Of a DNA stretch of 64,000 nucleotides, positions 23,677-36,600 are shown piece after piece. The DNA comes from Yuukianura sp. NJ FZ-2021 (lineage: Eukaryota). The position numbers were made by a program, and so were the translations under genes. The notes beneath the pieces are model-generated. The model saw only the letters and a list, made by a program, of their open reading frames with translations, was not told the origin of the DNA and searched no databases. Each line of letters begins with the position of its first letter. Positions within the stretch are counted from its first letter, which is position 1. Location of the stretch: positions 2,790,001 through 2,854,000 of the forward strand of contig CM102285.1 of the NCBI GenBank assembly GCA_046563655.1, given 5' to 3'.

Positions 23677-26600
23677 GTAAGAAAAAAATTGCTCATTTTT
23701 TTTATTTTGGTTTTCATTTTGCATACACTTGCATCCGGCATTTTTAAAAAATTCATATTCGAAATTCATTTTTCAAAAGTTACTCCAAGGTACTATGTTA
23801 GGGTAGTTTTTTTTTTGAAAATTAGAATTTGGAGTTAGGCCTACAGTAAATTTGTGGAGAATGAGCCTCCCAAATAATTTCCCATCTCGAGATGCTGTCT
23901 GAGTGTTCTTTCGAAGTAGGCTTTTCCTAATCCTCAAAAGATAAGTTTTGGCGGGTTTAATTTTAAGCTCCTCTGCCTGTTCGTTGTTCTGTGCTGCACA
24001 TACAGCTAAGGTCAAGAGAGTTAGTCGCAGCAGCATTTGCACGTTAGAACAAAAAAGAAGAAGTTTCTGAAGTTGGGAAGAAGCTAAGCGGAGACAATGA
24101 ATCGTAGCTGTCAAGAGTCGAAAAAAAAAGTTTTCCTTCAACAGTTCATAAAGCATCGAAGCCGAAAATGCCAAGAAAACAAAACAAGGTTTCTCTCACA
24201 TTTTGGAAAGAGCGGGTAGAAACTTTTAGAAATGTAGGTTAGGTTCAACTCCAAAGGGATTCTTAATGGACATAATTTCTTTTCCTGTTTCTACTGTAAT
24301 GGAATTGGACCTTCCTCCTCTTGGTTTCTCCAAAACCTAACCTATAAACGCTTCAAAAGTTAAGGAAACGCAGGAAAATAGTTCGACGACGTAGGAATCG
24401 TTAATCAGGATCTTAAGCGCTCCCCCTCCGCTCACTCCTCTTCTCAAAGATGTAGGAAAGCTCATGTTGTTTTGGAGATCCAAACTGAGTCTAATCCATT
24501 GTCATGTTTTGGCATAAATCAACCAATCCTTAAATAAGCCTTAGTACACAATTCTCTACACTTTTGGTTCCTTTTATTCTAGCCTTGTAAGCCAAAGTAC
24601 CGCAAAAGTTCAAATAAAAGCCTCTTTTTCTTATAATTCACTCCTCGATTTACCGTAAAATTTCTAACAATTTTACCACTTTTGATTTTGGCTAAAAACC
24701 AACAAAGTTTAATTTTTGTTGTTGAAAATTGGCGTGTAATGCATAGTTTTTTCTCAGTACGGTTCTGGTCTCAAGTTGTAAGCTTACGGTAAATAAAAAT
24801 TGTCGAATTTCAAATTTGGGCACCCAATTGGTGAGGTTTAATTCAATTTTTTTGGCCATTTCCATAATCTCTCCTTATAAAGCAACGGAGATTCATGAGC
24901 ATCTTGTACAGAATGTACAGGATGATTCTGATTGTGAATGGCCTTTTTAGTAATGTTGGTAGCAATTAAAGTCAAAAGGTGCTTACCGGTTCTTGGACTT
25001 TTGTGTGAAAGCTTTAACTCAAAACTAATTTCGAACTCACGCGCGCTCCCTTTTTGAATTTGAAACTTTGAGTTACGGCTATCACCACTCCTCTGTCTCA
25101 ACCTCATCAAACGAGTTTTGTACTTTGTACTAAATGTAATTTCCATCTTATTCTTAATTGGCAGTGACGATCAAGGTGTGTTTAGAAATTTTTGTGCTTG
25201 AAAATGCCCATATCTGTTCGGGTGAAACTTTGAGAGTTGTTTGTCCCAATTCTTTGTGATAAGATAAGTGAACGGACGGTGACATTTCGCATGTTTGGGC
25301 AAGGAATTCAAATATTTCAGTTTCAAATTCCTAAATGGCGCTATCAGGCCAGCGTTTACCAGCGGTTCAGTTTTCCAATTTTTAATCAAAACAAGTCTTT
25401 CAACTTTGCATTTCGCTTAAATCCAATTTTGGCTAATGAGTTTATTTTTAAAGATGTGAAAACTCTGTTGACAATTTCATTTTTTATTGAGGTTCCTTTG
25501 GTTATAAAATCTGAACAAAGTAGTGAGGTGACGTTTGAAATAATTTTGTGGTTGAGGAAATTGAATTTTTTGAGGTTAGTAGATTGAGAAATTTGCGTTA
25601 GTCTGAAAACTGTATAAAGTGGCATCAATTTTTAAATTATTACCTTCCATTGCACAAACCGTGATTTTTTGGTTACAATTTTGTTAATAAAAACAGGTTG
25701 GAAAAAAAGTTAGAAGGCCTGAATTGGATGAGTTTGCTTCCTTTTTTTTTAGTAAAAATGTGAGTAGCCACAAACAAATGTCATTGTGTTTTGTTATGTT
25801 CAAAAACTTAAGCGACAAAAAATTTTTTACAACCTCGGAGCTGTGCGCATGCAGTCAAAAATTTTACGTTTTGGAGATTTGTTGTGTAGATTAGGTTTTT
25901 GCTTTGTCATGTCACTAGCCGCCTCTCCTTCTACTGTATCTTTTGTCCTTCCTTTTTTGTACTTTCTTTCATCAACTGAAAAATGAACAAAATTTAAATT
26001 CTGAACGTCACAAATTTTTATAACAAGAATTTACCATATGAAGTCCATAGCTCCAGGGCTGTTGCAACCGCATTTTTAAATTTAAAAACGGATTTTTCTT
26101 TAGAGGATTCAAAATTCTTATAATTAATTATTTTCAACTTCCAAAAAAAAAACAGCGACGTGTTGAAGAAAAATTTTGAAGAGAAAAACCAATCATGTTT
26201 TTGGTAAAACTCAATTAAAAATTTTTCACACTGCTTTGAACGAAACGGGTGTTGAGTGATGTGGATATGCTTAGTTTGAAATGGGATTTGTAAAAAAAAT
26301 TGTCAAAGATTTGTGAGATATTTTGTAATTTACTTTTATAGCCGTCAAAAAGTTTTTGACTGTTTTTTTTCAAATTAAACTGGAATTATCAAAAAGTTTA
26401 AAACTTTTTGAAAGAAATTTTAAATTTTTCAAAAAAAAATTTCTTTTTGTTGTGTCGAGTGGTGCATGATTAAGGCGTTTTTTCACTCTGCCTAATCCGA
26501 GGACAGCGGAAGTTTCAAAATGAGGCTAAAACTCTTTTTTTGCAACAAATTGAACATGGAGCGTGAAACCCAAATTTGAGTTGTTGACAAGTAGAGAATT

Positions 26601-26821
26601 TGTTCCAATCTAAATTTTGAAATGCCGTGTTGTAAATGTTCATGCTCAGTTAGATTGACGGAGTCACATGCGTAGATGACTTTGCGACATTCCACGTCAT
26701 TTTGCGTCATTTAGGCATATAGACTTCCATTCACCTGTCATGTCAAATGTTTCATGATTCTGTACAAAAAAGATAATTGTAAAAGAGCATTTAAAAATAT
26801 AAAGATTTTGTAATTGTTTAG

Positions 26822-26851
26822 GTCACATGGTCTGCTCTGCTCGGTCGATAA
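26822..26851 (+). CDS. Candidate terminal coding exon A of gene 1 (VTWSALLGR*)
   Basis: TTGTTTAG|GTC acceptor; phase-0 reading gives 9 codons then TAA. An AT-rich UTR-like region follows, with AATAAA at about 27535. Confidence 0.3.
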   Translation, partial: VTWSALLGR

Positions 26852-29800
26852 TTGGGACGAAGCAGGAGGAAAAAGCAGTGAGAGGGAACCACAGTTGACA
26901 GAGACGGGCATTTTCTCGGGCAAGGCACAAAATTCCCGCGGTCACTCTCAAAAACATATTGGACAGACACAGAAATACACGCAATCACTTTTTTGGAATT
27001 TCATGGGGTTTCTTTTCTCAAAAAGTTTCTTCAACACGTCACCTTCTCAGCAACCTAGAAAAAATACAAAAAAAGTGGGAAGTTCAAATGGGATAACGTT
27101 TTTTTTTAAATGGTAAACAGAAACAGTTGTTTAAAGCAGGAAACCTTTTCAACTCCTTTTTTGTGTTGTGGAGTGGAGGAATTTCTTGACGCTTAAAAGC
27201 ACTTATACACTCATTTTAATTGGCTTAAAGAAGACTTAAATTGTTAAGTTAATGATGGGACTTGGAGTGGTGTGGAGAGGAGAAATGGAAACCAGTTAGT
27301 AAAACTTAAACTGTTGTAATTTAGGTAAACTATCGATCTTAAGTACATTAATTAACTATAGTTAAGTAGGGAATTAAGTATCATCAACTATACCTTGATT
27401 AAATAAATTAAAATCAAATTGGTTCCCGCTTCCTTCAAACATTTTCCAATTTTCAACAAAACAATTATTTTTCTATAATTTTCTCAACCTACTACTTTCC
27501 GTTTTAATTGGAGTTTTACAAATTGTTGCATGTTAATAAACATTTATTTCGAGAGGTAAGAAAATCCAATTTTTCGTTTACTTTTTTTGTACAATTTTTC
27601 CAATCATTTACTAATTGCAAAATTACATTCTGTTGTGCCAAAATAATTTTTTCATTTTAATTTCTTTTTCAACATTAACGATGTGACCAACTTTTCAGAA
27701 ATTTTTGACGAAAATTGCAAATGAGTAGCCTGAGGCTCATAATGACACAAAATAAGTTGACGAATTTTTAAAACAAACAATAGAATTTTTATTGATTTTT
27801 GTCACGACTGAGTGAACAACTCGTGAAAGTTGATGAATTTCATATTTGAAAGTAAATCATGAAATATACAAAATCAATTATTAGTTAAAGTAGTGTCAAC
27901 TACAAACTTTGAAGCTTTGAAAAATAAAAATTTAGAAAACGTACTACATGCAATACAAAGTTTACAAATTGAGTTACAATTGATGTGATTGGTTTAATCG
28001 TTTTAAAATTTTAAAAAATTGGGTTTTCTTTCTACAAGTTGAGATAAATTGAGAAGGAATTGAAGAGTTGAGGTGAAAGTTGAAGCGAGTCTCGATCTAT
28101 CTGAAGTTTCTTCCAGCAGAAATCGGCATTTTCAAGACTGGAAGTGAAGTTAACCTTTGACCGTTGGGAGGCGGAGTGAATTAAGAGGGTCATAAAAGTG
28201 CATTTCTATTGATGACTGGTGGTGAGGAGAACAGCGGAATGGCGGAGTTGGGTCATATTTCTTCTTTTGCATCCAAGACTTCTTCCGTAACCGGGTGATT
28301 TCGAGAAATAATTTTTTTCTTTGCGACACTTTTGTCGTATCGGTTCTGTGATCAGGTCGTTTTGTGACAGAAAAAAGAGGAAATGGAAAGACCACAGGAG
28401 AAAGGAGAAGCAGTTAGCACAGCTATTTCCGTAGAGCCAAATGAAACAATAGGAAAACGCGGATATTTTTATAACCCAAGTGTGGGCAAAACATGTCACA
28501 TTTATTAACAGCGAGAGTCAGTCGTCGAACAGGGTTGGGCAAACGGAATATCCGCCTGTCGGTTCTTTTTTTTGACTTGCCAGCTATGACAATCAAAACT
28601 TTTTCTTAAAAGAAATTTGAAACTAAGGAGAAAGAGACGCCTGTTTCAGTTTACATCAGTTTAAAGTGTGAGTCCTTTAAAAAACAGTTTTTGCATTCGA
28701 AAAAAAACGTTTTCAAAAAGTCCGCGGTTTTCTCTTCGAAAAATCGTCTTCTTTTTCTTGACTGTAGCGAATTTTCGTTGAGAGCCATCTTTTACTTCAC
28801 TTTCGGCCTCCTTTATTTTGTTGCTCTTAGGTTTGTTCCGTACTCAATTTGAAGACGTTTTTCGCAACATTATTTTTTCTCTTTCCCGCTCTTTTCTCGG
28901 ACTGATTTACGACCAGAGCGGATCCGGCCGTAGATTTGCGTCGAGCCTCATCCTCCCTGCCTCCCTTGTCTTCAAACATTTTGTCTCTTAATTTGCGTTT
29001 AGAAGAGTTGTGGAATGCATGCACAAAGGGCGGCAAAAGGAGCAACTGACGTGCTAAATCTCATTCAAATGTTCAGTTTCCAGGAGGAAAAAAGCTCAAA
29101 GTCCCCGAGAGAGAAACTTCTTTTTCGGAGGCTGCTGCTTCTACGAAAGAACCAAATTAAAATCGACAGGCTCAAGACAGCGGCGGCATAAAATTACAAG
29201 CACAGTGGCACATGAAATTCAATTTTCACTTCCAAAGGCTCCAAATCCCTCACCTCCCATTACACAACTTTGAATCTTCCGCAATTGGAAATTTAAACAA
29301 AAGGAAGCACAAAACATCAAAACATAAACAAAAGTACCGTACATCCTCCATTTTAGTACTAAATACATCTTCAAAAGACGCGTCTCTCCATTGTGTCACT
29401 CACAATTAGCACCGGTCTAACTTAACATTTAGTACGCCTAACCTATTTTTAGTTTTTCTAAACCTCTCTAAACTTTTGCTTTGACGGCAAGTAAAACCGA
29501 ACATCGGTGTTAACTTTTTCGTTTTTGTTTCCTCAGTTTTTTTTTGTAAACGTCGGCATTCTTAAAGTTGGAATTATATTAGTTTTAACTAGAAATTTAT
29601 TAAATCCAAGAGTATTGGTCGTATTTTGCTCATGAGCAGTTAGTGTTAACTAGGTTAGATGAATGAAAAGTTAAGTTTAAACATAATTTGAAGTAACTAG
29701 TCACCACGGTACCAGGATGTTGCTGACTTGGGAGGCTGGAAATGATGGTTGAGATTGATGATGGTAGGTAATAGAATATAATAATCTTGGATGGAAGACA

Positions 29801-29961
29801 CCTCAGAGGAGACTTTGGTCTTTTGTGCCCACGGAGCCATTGGTCCTAACAAATGAAAGCGTATTAGCCTACACTCTCCCTTCAAGCTAGGCCTTACGCT
29901 TTCAAGGTAGGATCCAGAAGAGTGGAATAAAGGGCCCTGCGAACCCGCTATTCTGCTGCCC

Positions 29962-29984
29962 ATGATGATGATGATGATGATGAT
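29962..29984. repeat. (ATG)n microsatellite
   Basis: About 7 ATG units. Confidence 0.9.
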
Positions 29985-30597
29985 AACATTGAGAAATTTC
30001 CTAGGAACAGTCGCTGTCTCAAATGAAATCGGAGAAAGGCAGCAGAGCTCCATGCCTTCCCTGTCCTCACTCTAAGTTTCTTGCCACTGAAACCCATTTG
30101 CTTTCTTTCCCTTTCAAACCTAGCCTAACTTTTGTTTAAATTGAAAAATGCGGACACACAAAGTCGTTCCAGCAGTCTTTTTCATCTTGGCGCAGACCTG
30201 CGTTTCCAGAAGGCCAAAAACCATATCTCCTTTCTCAATTCTTAAATCTGAAATTTCGAATGCCTCTTCAACATTTGGAGCAAATTGTATCAAAAAATCG
30301 TGTAGTTATGAAATTTGATTTGTAAGGAATACTTTTGATTGATTCTGATTATATTTGAGGTCAAGTTATTTAGTGAGGGCTACCAGTGAGGGTTGAGGAT
30401 GTCCTCAGAAGTGGTTAGAAACTATGTTTTCAAAGGAAGGATGAGTTAATGGCAGTGACTTTGTTTTGGAGGGAGGAGAAGCCATTTGGTAGAATGTAGA
30501 AATTATTCAGTGGACCCATAGAAATGTGTAGAAAGTCTTTTATTTCATGCTGACTGACCATATCATATTTCAACTTATTTTTCTTTTCCCTTTTCAG

Positions 30598-30642
30598 CAG
30601 CTTACAATACTCAAAGTTGTACAGAAGCGTGATTTGCGGTGA
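30598..30642 (+). CDS. Candidate terminal coding exon B of gene 1 ((Q)LTILKVVQKRDLR*), with a NAGNAG acceptor
   Basis: Very strong polypyrimidine tract TTTTTCTTTTCCCTTTTCAG|CAG| with upstream CTGAC branch-like words; phase-0 frame ends at TGA 30640-30642. Confidence 0.4.
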   Translation, partial: QLTILKVVQKRDLR

Positions 30643-33600
30643 CATGTCGCTGAATTGGGAACTTTTTTCTTTTTTAGAAAATTCGGAGTGGCAGGGAATA
30701 GAAAAGCACGAAAAGACAGAAAATGTACAGAGTGGTTCAATATATTAAGGGTTTTTATTTGGATTTATGTATCTCATACTTTGATTAAAATGCAACTTGT
30801 ACTTTTGGGGTCATAATGTACATTTTTCTTTGGAAATTGAAAGGTAATTGAGCATAGATTTTGATGCAAAGGAAATTGGAAACTTTCGGGTTTTAAACGA
30901 CGATGGAACTCAAATTACTCGTGAGCTTCTTTTGCCTTACTCGCACGAAATCAATTTCCGCCTTCAAAAGTTTCACTTTTTCCTTTCTTTCAGTTTTTGA
31001 GTAGTCAATTTTTGTACGGCTTTGCTCAAAATACTTTGATGCTTTTTTTCCGAATTCGTACAAAATTGTTCAATTTTGCTCAAAAATGTCGCCGAGTCAA
31101 TTGCGGAGAACTATGACTCAAGCATGCCTCTACTCAATTGTGTTTTCTTTGAGAAATGTATTAAGTGAGAAACTTTGTCTTCCCGGAAGTAAAGTGCACG
31201 ACATCACAAAACACAACTTTTCAAATTTGGTGTGATTCAAGTTTTAGAACACTTTTTTTAAGCGATGACGAAATAAAACAATGAAAAAATGACAGAAAAT
31301 TTTGGAACACTTTGTACTTTCATGCTGACTACTGAAATTATTATAACAAAATTTATGCGACTCTCCTGAGTTTTCCAAATAAAATGAAGTCACACTGCAA
31401 CAAAAGCTACTGTGAGTTTTTCGTGTGAAAAGAATTTTAGAAAAGTACAGACGGAAATGAATGTCTAACGATTCCTTTGCGTTAGTTGAACCATTAAAGA
31501 CGAAGATCAATTTTCTCTTTTCTCCTTCACGTTACGTTTCTCTTTACGTTTGGTAATTTTTTGATTTTGGCTTGTGGGTTTGGCTGAAAAAAGAAAGTTT
31601 GTGTGTTGGATTTTCTCCTCATCGTGTCATCCTCAACTGTCTCCACAATCATTCTCCATCTGAAGCCTCCATTTTTCCTCATCCACATCAATAATAATCC
31701 GCGTCTCAAATGTCGTGTCGAAAGTTATTATGATCCAAACTCTTTTTTTCACAACGCAGGACTTTGGATTTTTGAGACCTCGTCATGCCAAATGCCAATC
31801 CCACTTTTCCACCAGGATTTGATGTCATTATCAAATAACTCTCTGCGTAATTTGAAACTTTTTCTCTTCATGGACTCTCTTTTTTCCAAATTGGTCTCCA
31901 CTTTTTCTGGACAGCACGAACTTGTATGTGTTTGAGTCTCACAACCCACAGTTACTCCCTCCAAAATTTCAAAAGTTGCGGTGGTGGTGGGGCTTTTGGA
32001 AAACTCCATTTTTGTTCAAACTAAAACAGATCAAGGCGAATTGAGAACAAAAACGACACATCATCAAAAGGAGAACTGCTGAGAGACAGAGTTTCTCCCG
32101 CCTTCGCCCTGTTTTCTCTTTTGAACAAAAAGTTTTGCAGAGACAGACGGCGGGAGTTTTACTTTTTTCTGTTAGAAAACCAGACTCAAGTGGATGGATT
32201 CCCCCGTCCGTCTGTCGTCCCTAGTTTATCAAATGCCTCTCCTTACAATAACACTCTCTGTTTTTGCGTTCTGTCATTTTCAAAAAGTTTTTTTTTTCGT
32301 TTTGAAAAGGCGGGCTTTTGAACTTTTCAAACGAATACCATTTTTTCTCTATTTCTCTTGAGATTTTTATGTGCAAGTAAAGCGCCAAAAACTTTCGTAT
32401 TTTATTTTCGTGTTTCAATTTTGGAGGTTTTTGAAAATGGAAATATTTTGCTTAACCTTGGTTGATTTTTTAGAACAAGAAAAAACTCTTGGGAGTGGAA
32501 CAGCGCGTTTTTTTGTTTAAAATTTTTTGTGTGTTAAAATGTTTATTCAATTTGTTCTAAACAAGAAGCAGTCGACTAATTTGTGAGCTCTGTTCTCCCT
32601 GAGGGCGTTTCAATCAAATCTTGAGGTTTTCTTTAAATTTCTTGGAGCTGTTTTAAAAAAAGCAGTTGGAGCAGGGGGAACGTAGGGATTAGTTAGAAGT
32701 AAACAAAGGAAGGAGAGACTTCATTTTTACAACTTTTCAACTGGTGATCTCCCCTTCAACGTAGGAACAATAACAAAGGGACATTCTGTCTCTCCAGACT
32801 CCCTTAGGTTATGGTTAGGTTATTTATTAGGATTAGGCTAAGGAAACCCTATTCTACAGAATAACTTGTCCTGCATTCAAAACGTCAAGTCCCTTCAAGG
32901 GTCTTCATAAAAAGCACCGTGGGGTTTTTAAAGACTTTAAAAAATGAAGAGGAGCCCTTCGTCTCTCCAATTGGATACACTCACACTCTATTCCATTGGA
33001 ATTTAAGGGCTCACATGAAGCGTATTTTGTACACTTGAACAGTTACACTAAAAATTTACACTTCCACTTTAGGTTAATGATGCCAAGTGATGGTCCAATT
33101 GGACCAGCTTAGGTTATCGTTAGGCTAGTTAGGTTGCAACAGAGGATGTTAACTGCAGCAAACGAAGGAAGCAGTATACGTTTATTGTTATTCGTCATGT
33201 AGGTTGTGTACATATTTCTGACACTTTTCAAGGGCTACCCTAAGGGCTCCTCCACTCAAGCAGCTTTTCATCCTCGTTCTTAAGGTGTTGAATTATTTAT
33301 AGATGGGCTTTGATTTGAAAGGAACCAGTGTCACTAAAGAATGAAAAAAGACGTTTTTGAGTTTTGTGTCTTCCCGCACTTTCGCTCTGTTAAAGTTCTG
33401 GGCGGAGTGGTCGAATGCATTCCCTCCCAGAAACTCTGCTCTTCATGACGAATTGGTTTTGATTTCATTTTTGAAAAGGAATCATTTTTAAAAAGTCAAT
33501 GGAGATTGATAAATGGTTGTTCAAACAGACACACGAAAGGCTAGCAAAAGTTTCAAAAGACTTTTAAGCAGTACCCGTGTGGGAGGGAATTCTGCCGACA

Positions 33601-36600
33601 TCTGATCATTTTTCTCTAAGATCATCTCTACCCATAATTGGAAACTTTTGAACAAAACAAACTTGAATTTACAGAATACCAAAACTTGCTTTGTGGACAT
33701 AGACTAACATATACCACATACTTTAACAAGGGCTAAAAAGTTGAAAAATTTGAATACGGGTTTTTTTCAAAAATTTGAAATTAACTTTTCAAAAAGTTGA
33801 GAGTGGGTTTTGGAAAAAACACAATTTACTTGAAAACCGACTTGAGAAAATTATTTATTTGCGGGCCTTTACGTTCGTGCGTTGGTGGGATTAATTGAAA
33901 AAAAAAGTTTTCCAACATTTTTTCCGTTTTCTCGTCTTTTCCCTTTCGTTTTTTCTTAGTCCGTTTCCTTCAAAATTGAGAATTGAGATCTTAAGGACTG
34001 ATTTGAGTTTGCAGCCATAACAGGAAGAGGAGAGACTCTCTTTTTGCTCCGTCTCTCGTCCTATGTAAATTGAATTTGTTTTTCAATGTAAACTTTGGGC
34101 TGGTGAAAGCCTGCTTTCTCCTGCTTTTCCTAAATGTGCCAAAAGGAAGTGAGAAGATTACGAGGGTAGGGAAGGCGCGCTTTTTCCTATTTTTTCTTTG
34201 TTGAACGAAGACTCTGTCGCTGGTAAGCGGCGACGCACTTGCCGACATTGGCATGCACTCACCAATAGAGTAGTGCTTTCTCGCAGAACTTGAGCTGTCT
34301 ATCTCGTATTCTTTAAAAGATTTTCTCCAGGGGAAAAGTCAGGGGAGGAAGTTTTTCGTATTCGTTTTTTGCCAAGTACTAAGAAGCTTCTTACTTTCTC
34401 CACTTTTTCTAAAAATGTGTTGTTGTGCTGCTGTGGTGAAAGTAGAATTTTCTGTTGTTGGATATTGGTTTGCCTGCTGCTGCTGCCTGTCCTTTCTCCC
34501 TAGAGAACTTTCCAGGCAGGGTTTTTTTTTTTGAAGCAGGGAGCGCGGGAAGAGATCTCTCAACTGATTTCAAATGCAGCCTTGCCTAGGCCCCTTCTTC
34601 CTATTCTTCATTTGAAGGAAATTGATTTAGTGCTTCCGCAAATCCTCCACTTTCTTTCCGCAGAAAAAGAGAAAGTTTTTAGGATTTGGAGAAAGCAAAT
34701 TGAAGCTTCTGCTGGGGCTAAGCTTGCGGAGAGGCAGGCGGATCCGTAGGAACCAAACTGTCGATAAGTTCAAAGCTTCCTTGGGTTTGTACAACTTCAA
34801 ATTTTTTCCCGCCTTTTACAGGAAAAGAGCGGCAGTTGAACACAAATTTTTGAAAAAGAAAAGTCTCCAAGTCCAAAGTCAGTTTTGTGTCCTTGTTCAA
34901 TATGTAACTGGGATCTGGGAACTTCAACTCCTGCTCGGGAAAGAATATTTAAAATTTTAAACTTCCCCGCTTTTTGCCTTTTGGAAAGTAGAAAAACAAA
35001 AGTTGAGACTTTCTCTTTTTGTGCAAAATTCACTTCGAATTTAACTTTCACTGTCTCATTCCTTTCCTTGTCATTTCCACTTTTTCTCAAATTTCCACTT
35101 ACTGTTTAGTTTCACTTTTTTCTCTCATTTTTTTGAAATGCCCAAGTCGGCATCAATTTTCAGTGTATAGGGTGTCAATTTTTGAGGACTAGGGGAATGT
35201 CATTGGGTTGTGAGCGTGTCCATGGTTATTGCTCACCCTGGAAAGTCACGTCTGTCTCCTGCTTTCTCCGAAATCAATAAGAGGAGGACCATTTCCTTGC
35301 TGCCATGTTACCTAATGTACTATGCACGAAAGAACCAAAAATAAATCCAAAGACTTTCTCCAACATGAATTTTTGAGGAGCCCATTTGATCCAGCCTCCC
35401 GTTGCTACGTTAGCACGAAGATAGTTCTATCGTCCCTCATGCTCCGTATGCCATGGCAACGCAGAGCAAAAGAATTCCAAACTGCCCTGCTCCAATTCAA
35501 ATACCCTAACTTACAAAAAAGAAAAACTTTCCCGTTTGATATCCCGGGCAACAGTCAAATCCTACTCGTTTTATCATTGATCATCTCAATCTGTCTTTTC
35601 CACGAAGCAAAAGAAACGCAGGAGAAAGCAGGAATTCCCGGCCTCATTTTAAATTCAAATTGAGTAGAAAAAATGTGATCTTTCCCCCGTCTTTGGTTTT
35701 TTTTTGAGTTGCGTGTTCACTACGCATCTTCCTTCCCTTGCATTTTTTTTTGCAAAAAAGAACAATGGAAAAGCACTTCGAATTCCGTTCAGATCTGCAC
35801 ATTAAGATAGAGAAGGCAGAGGGAGGAGATTAGAATAATAGAAAATGGAATACGAAGGAGATTCGAGGCGGAACATTTTCAAATCATATTCTTACTTTTT
35901 TTTTCTATTTTTGTCTTTTTCTCAATTCCATTTTGTGGTAAAACGGATTTGGGATTCTGGACTTGGCATTTTTGAATTTACAAAATTTCAAATGTCTTTT
36001 TTAGTTTACACGCAAACTCAAAATGGCCAAAAACTTTTCCGAGTTCGAAGTTACATTTTTTTGAAAAAGAAATCGTGATCTAAAAAATTGACACAACACG
36101 TCACGCTTCTTCCTAAAATCCTGTTGCACAACTTGTTATTGCTATTTGTTTTTTTTATTTTTGTTGATTTTGAAAAAAATTACAAAAATGAAATTGTAAA
36201 AAAAAGTTAGTGGATCCTCTGGCTATATAATTAGGAACAAGTGAAATTACAAAGTAAACTTTGGTTCGGTTACGCCTGCCTGAGCCTCACCTTCCCCTGC
36301 GTGTACATGTCACTTTTTCACTACGCCAACCATTGTTTTCTTCAGAGTCTGTAAGGTTAGAGTTTTAAGTTAGGCTAGTTTAAGCAAGTGGAAGGGAATT
36401 GATGGGAGGGAATGTTAGGAAGCAATTTTGACTCGTTTTTAAACAAAAACTAATTACGCTAAAACCAACTTATTTTTTCTCAACTTACACAAATTACGGA
36501 AATTTGCCAACCATGCCTCCACAATTTACGCAATCTCGCCCCCACCCCATCCACCCGGTGCGGTGGTGAAAAAATTTATTTAACCTTACTTTGCAGCGCA

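Noticed and set aside
22684..23838. 384-aa ORF as a single-exon gene
   Set aside because: It starts at TTG within a polypyrimidine tract, and its last 53 codons are AT-rich sequence after a consensus donor. The exon is 22742..23676.
26344..26435. Cluster of AT-only palindromes (e.g. TCAAAAAGTTTAAAACTTTTTGA)
   Set aside because: Expected from the abundant TTTTGAAAA/AAAAGTTTT words seen throughout the window.
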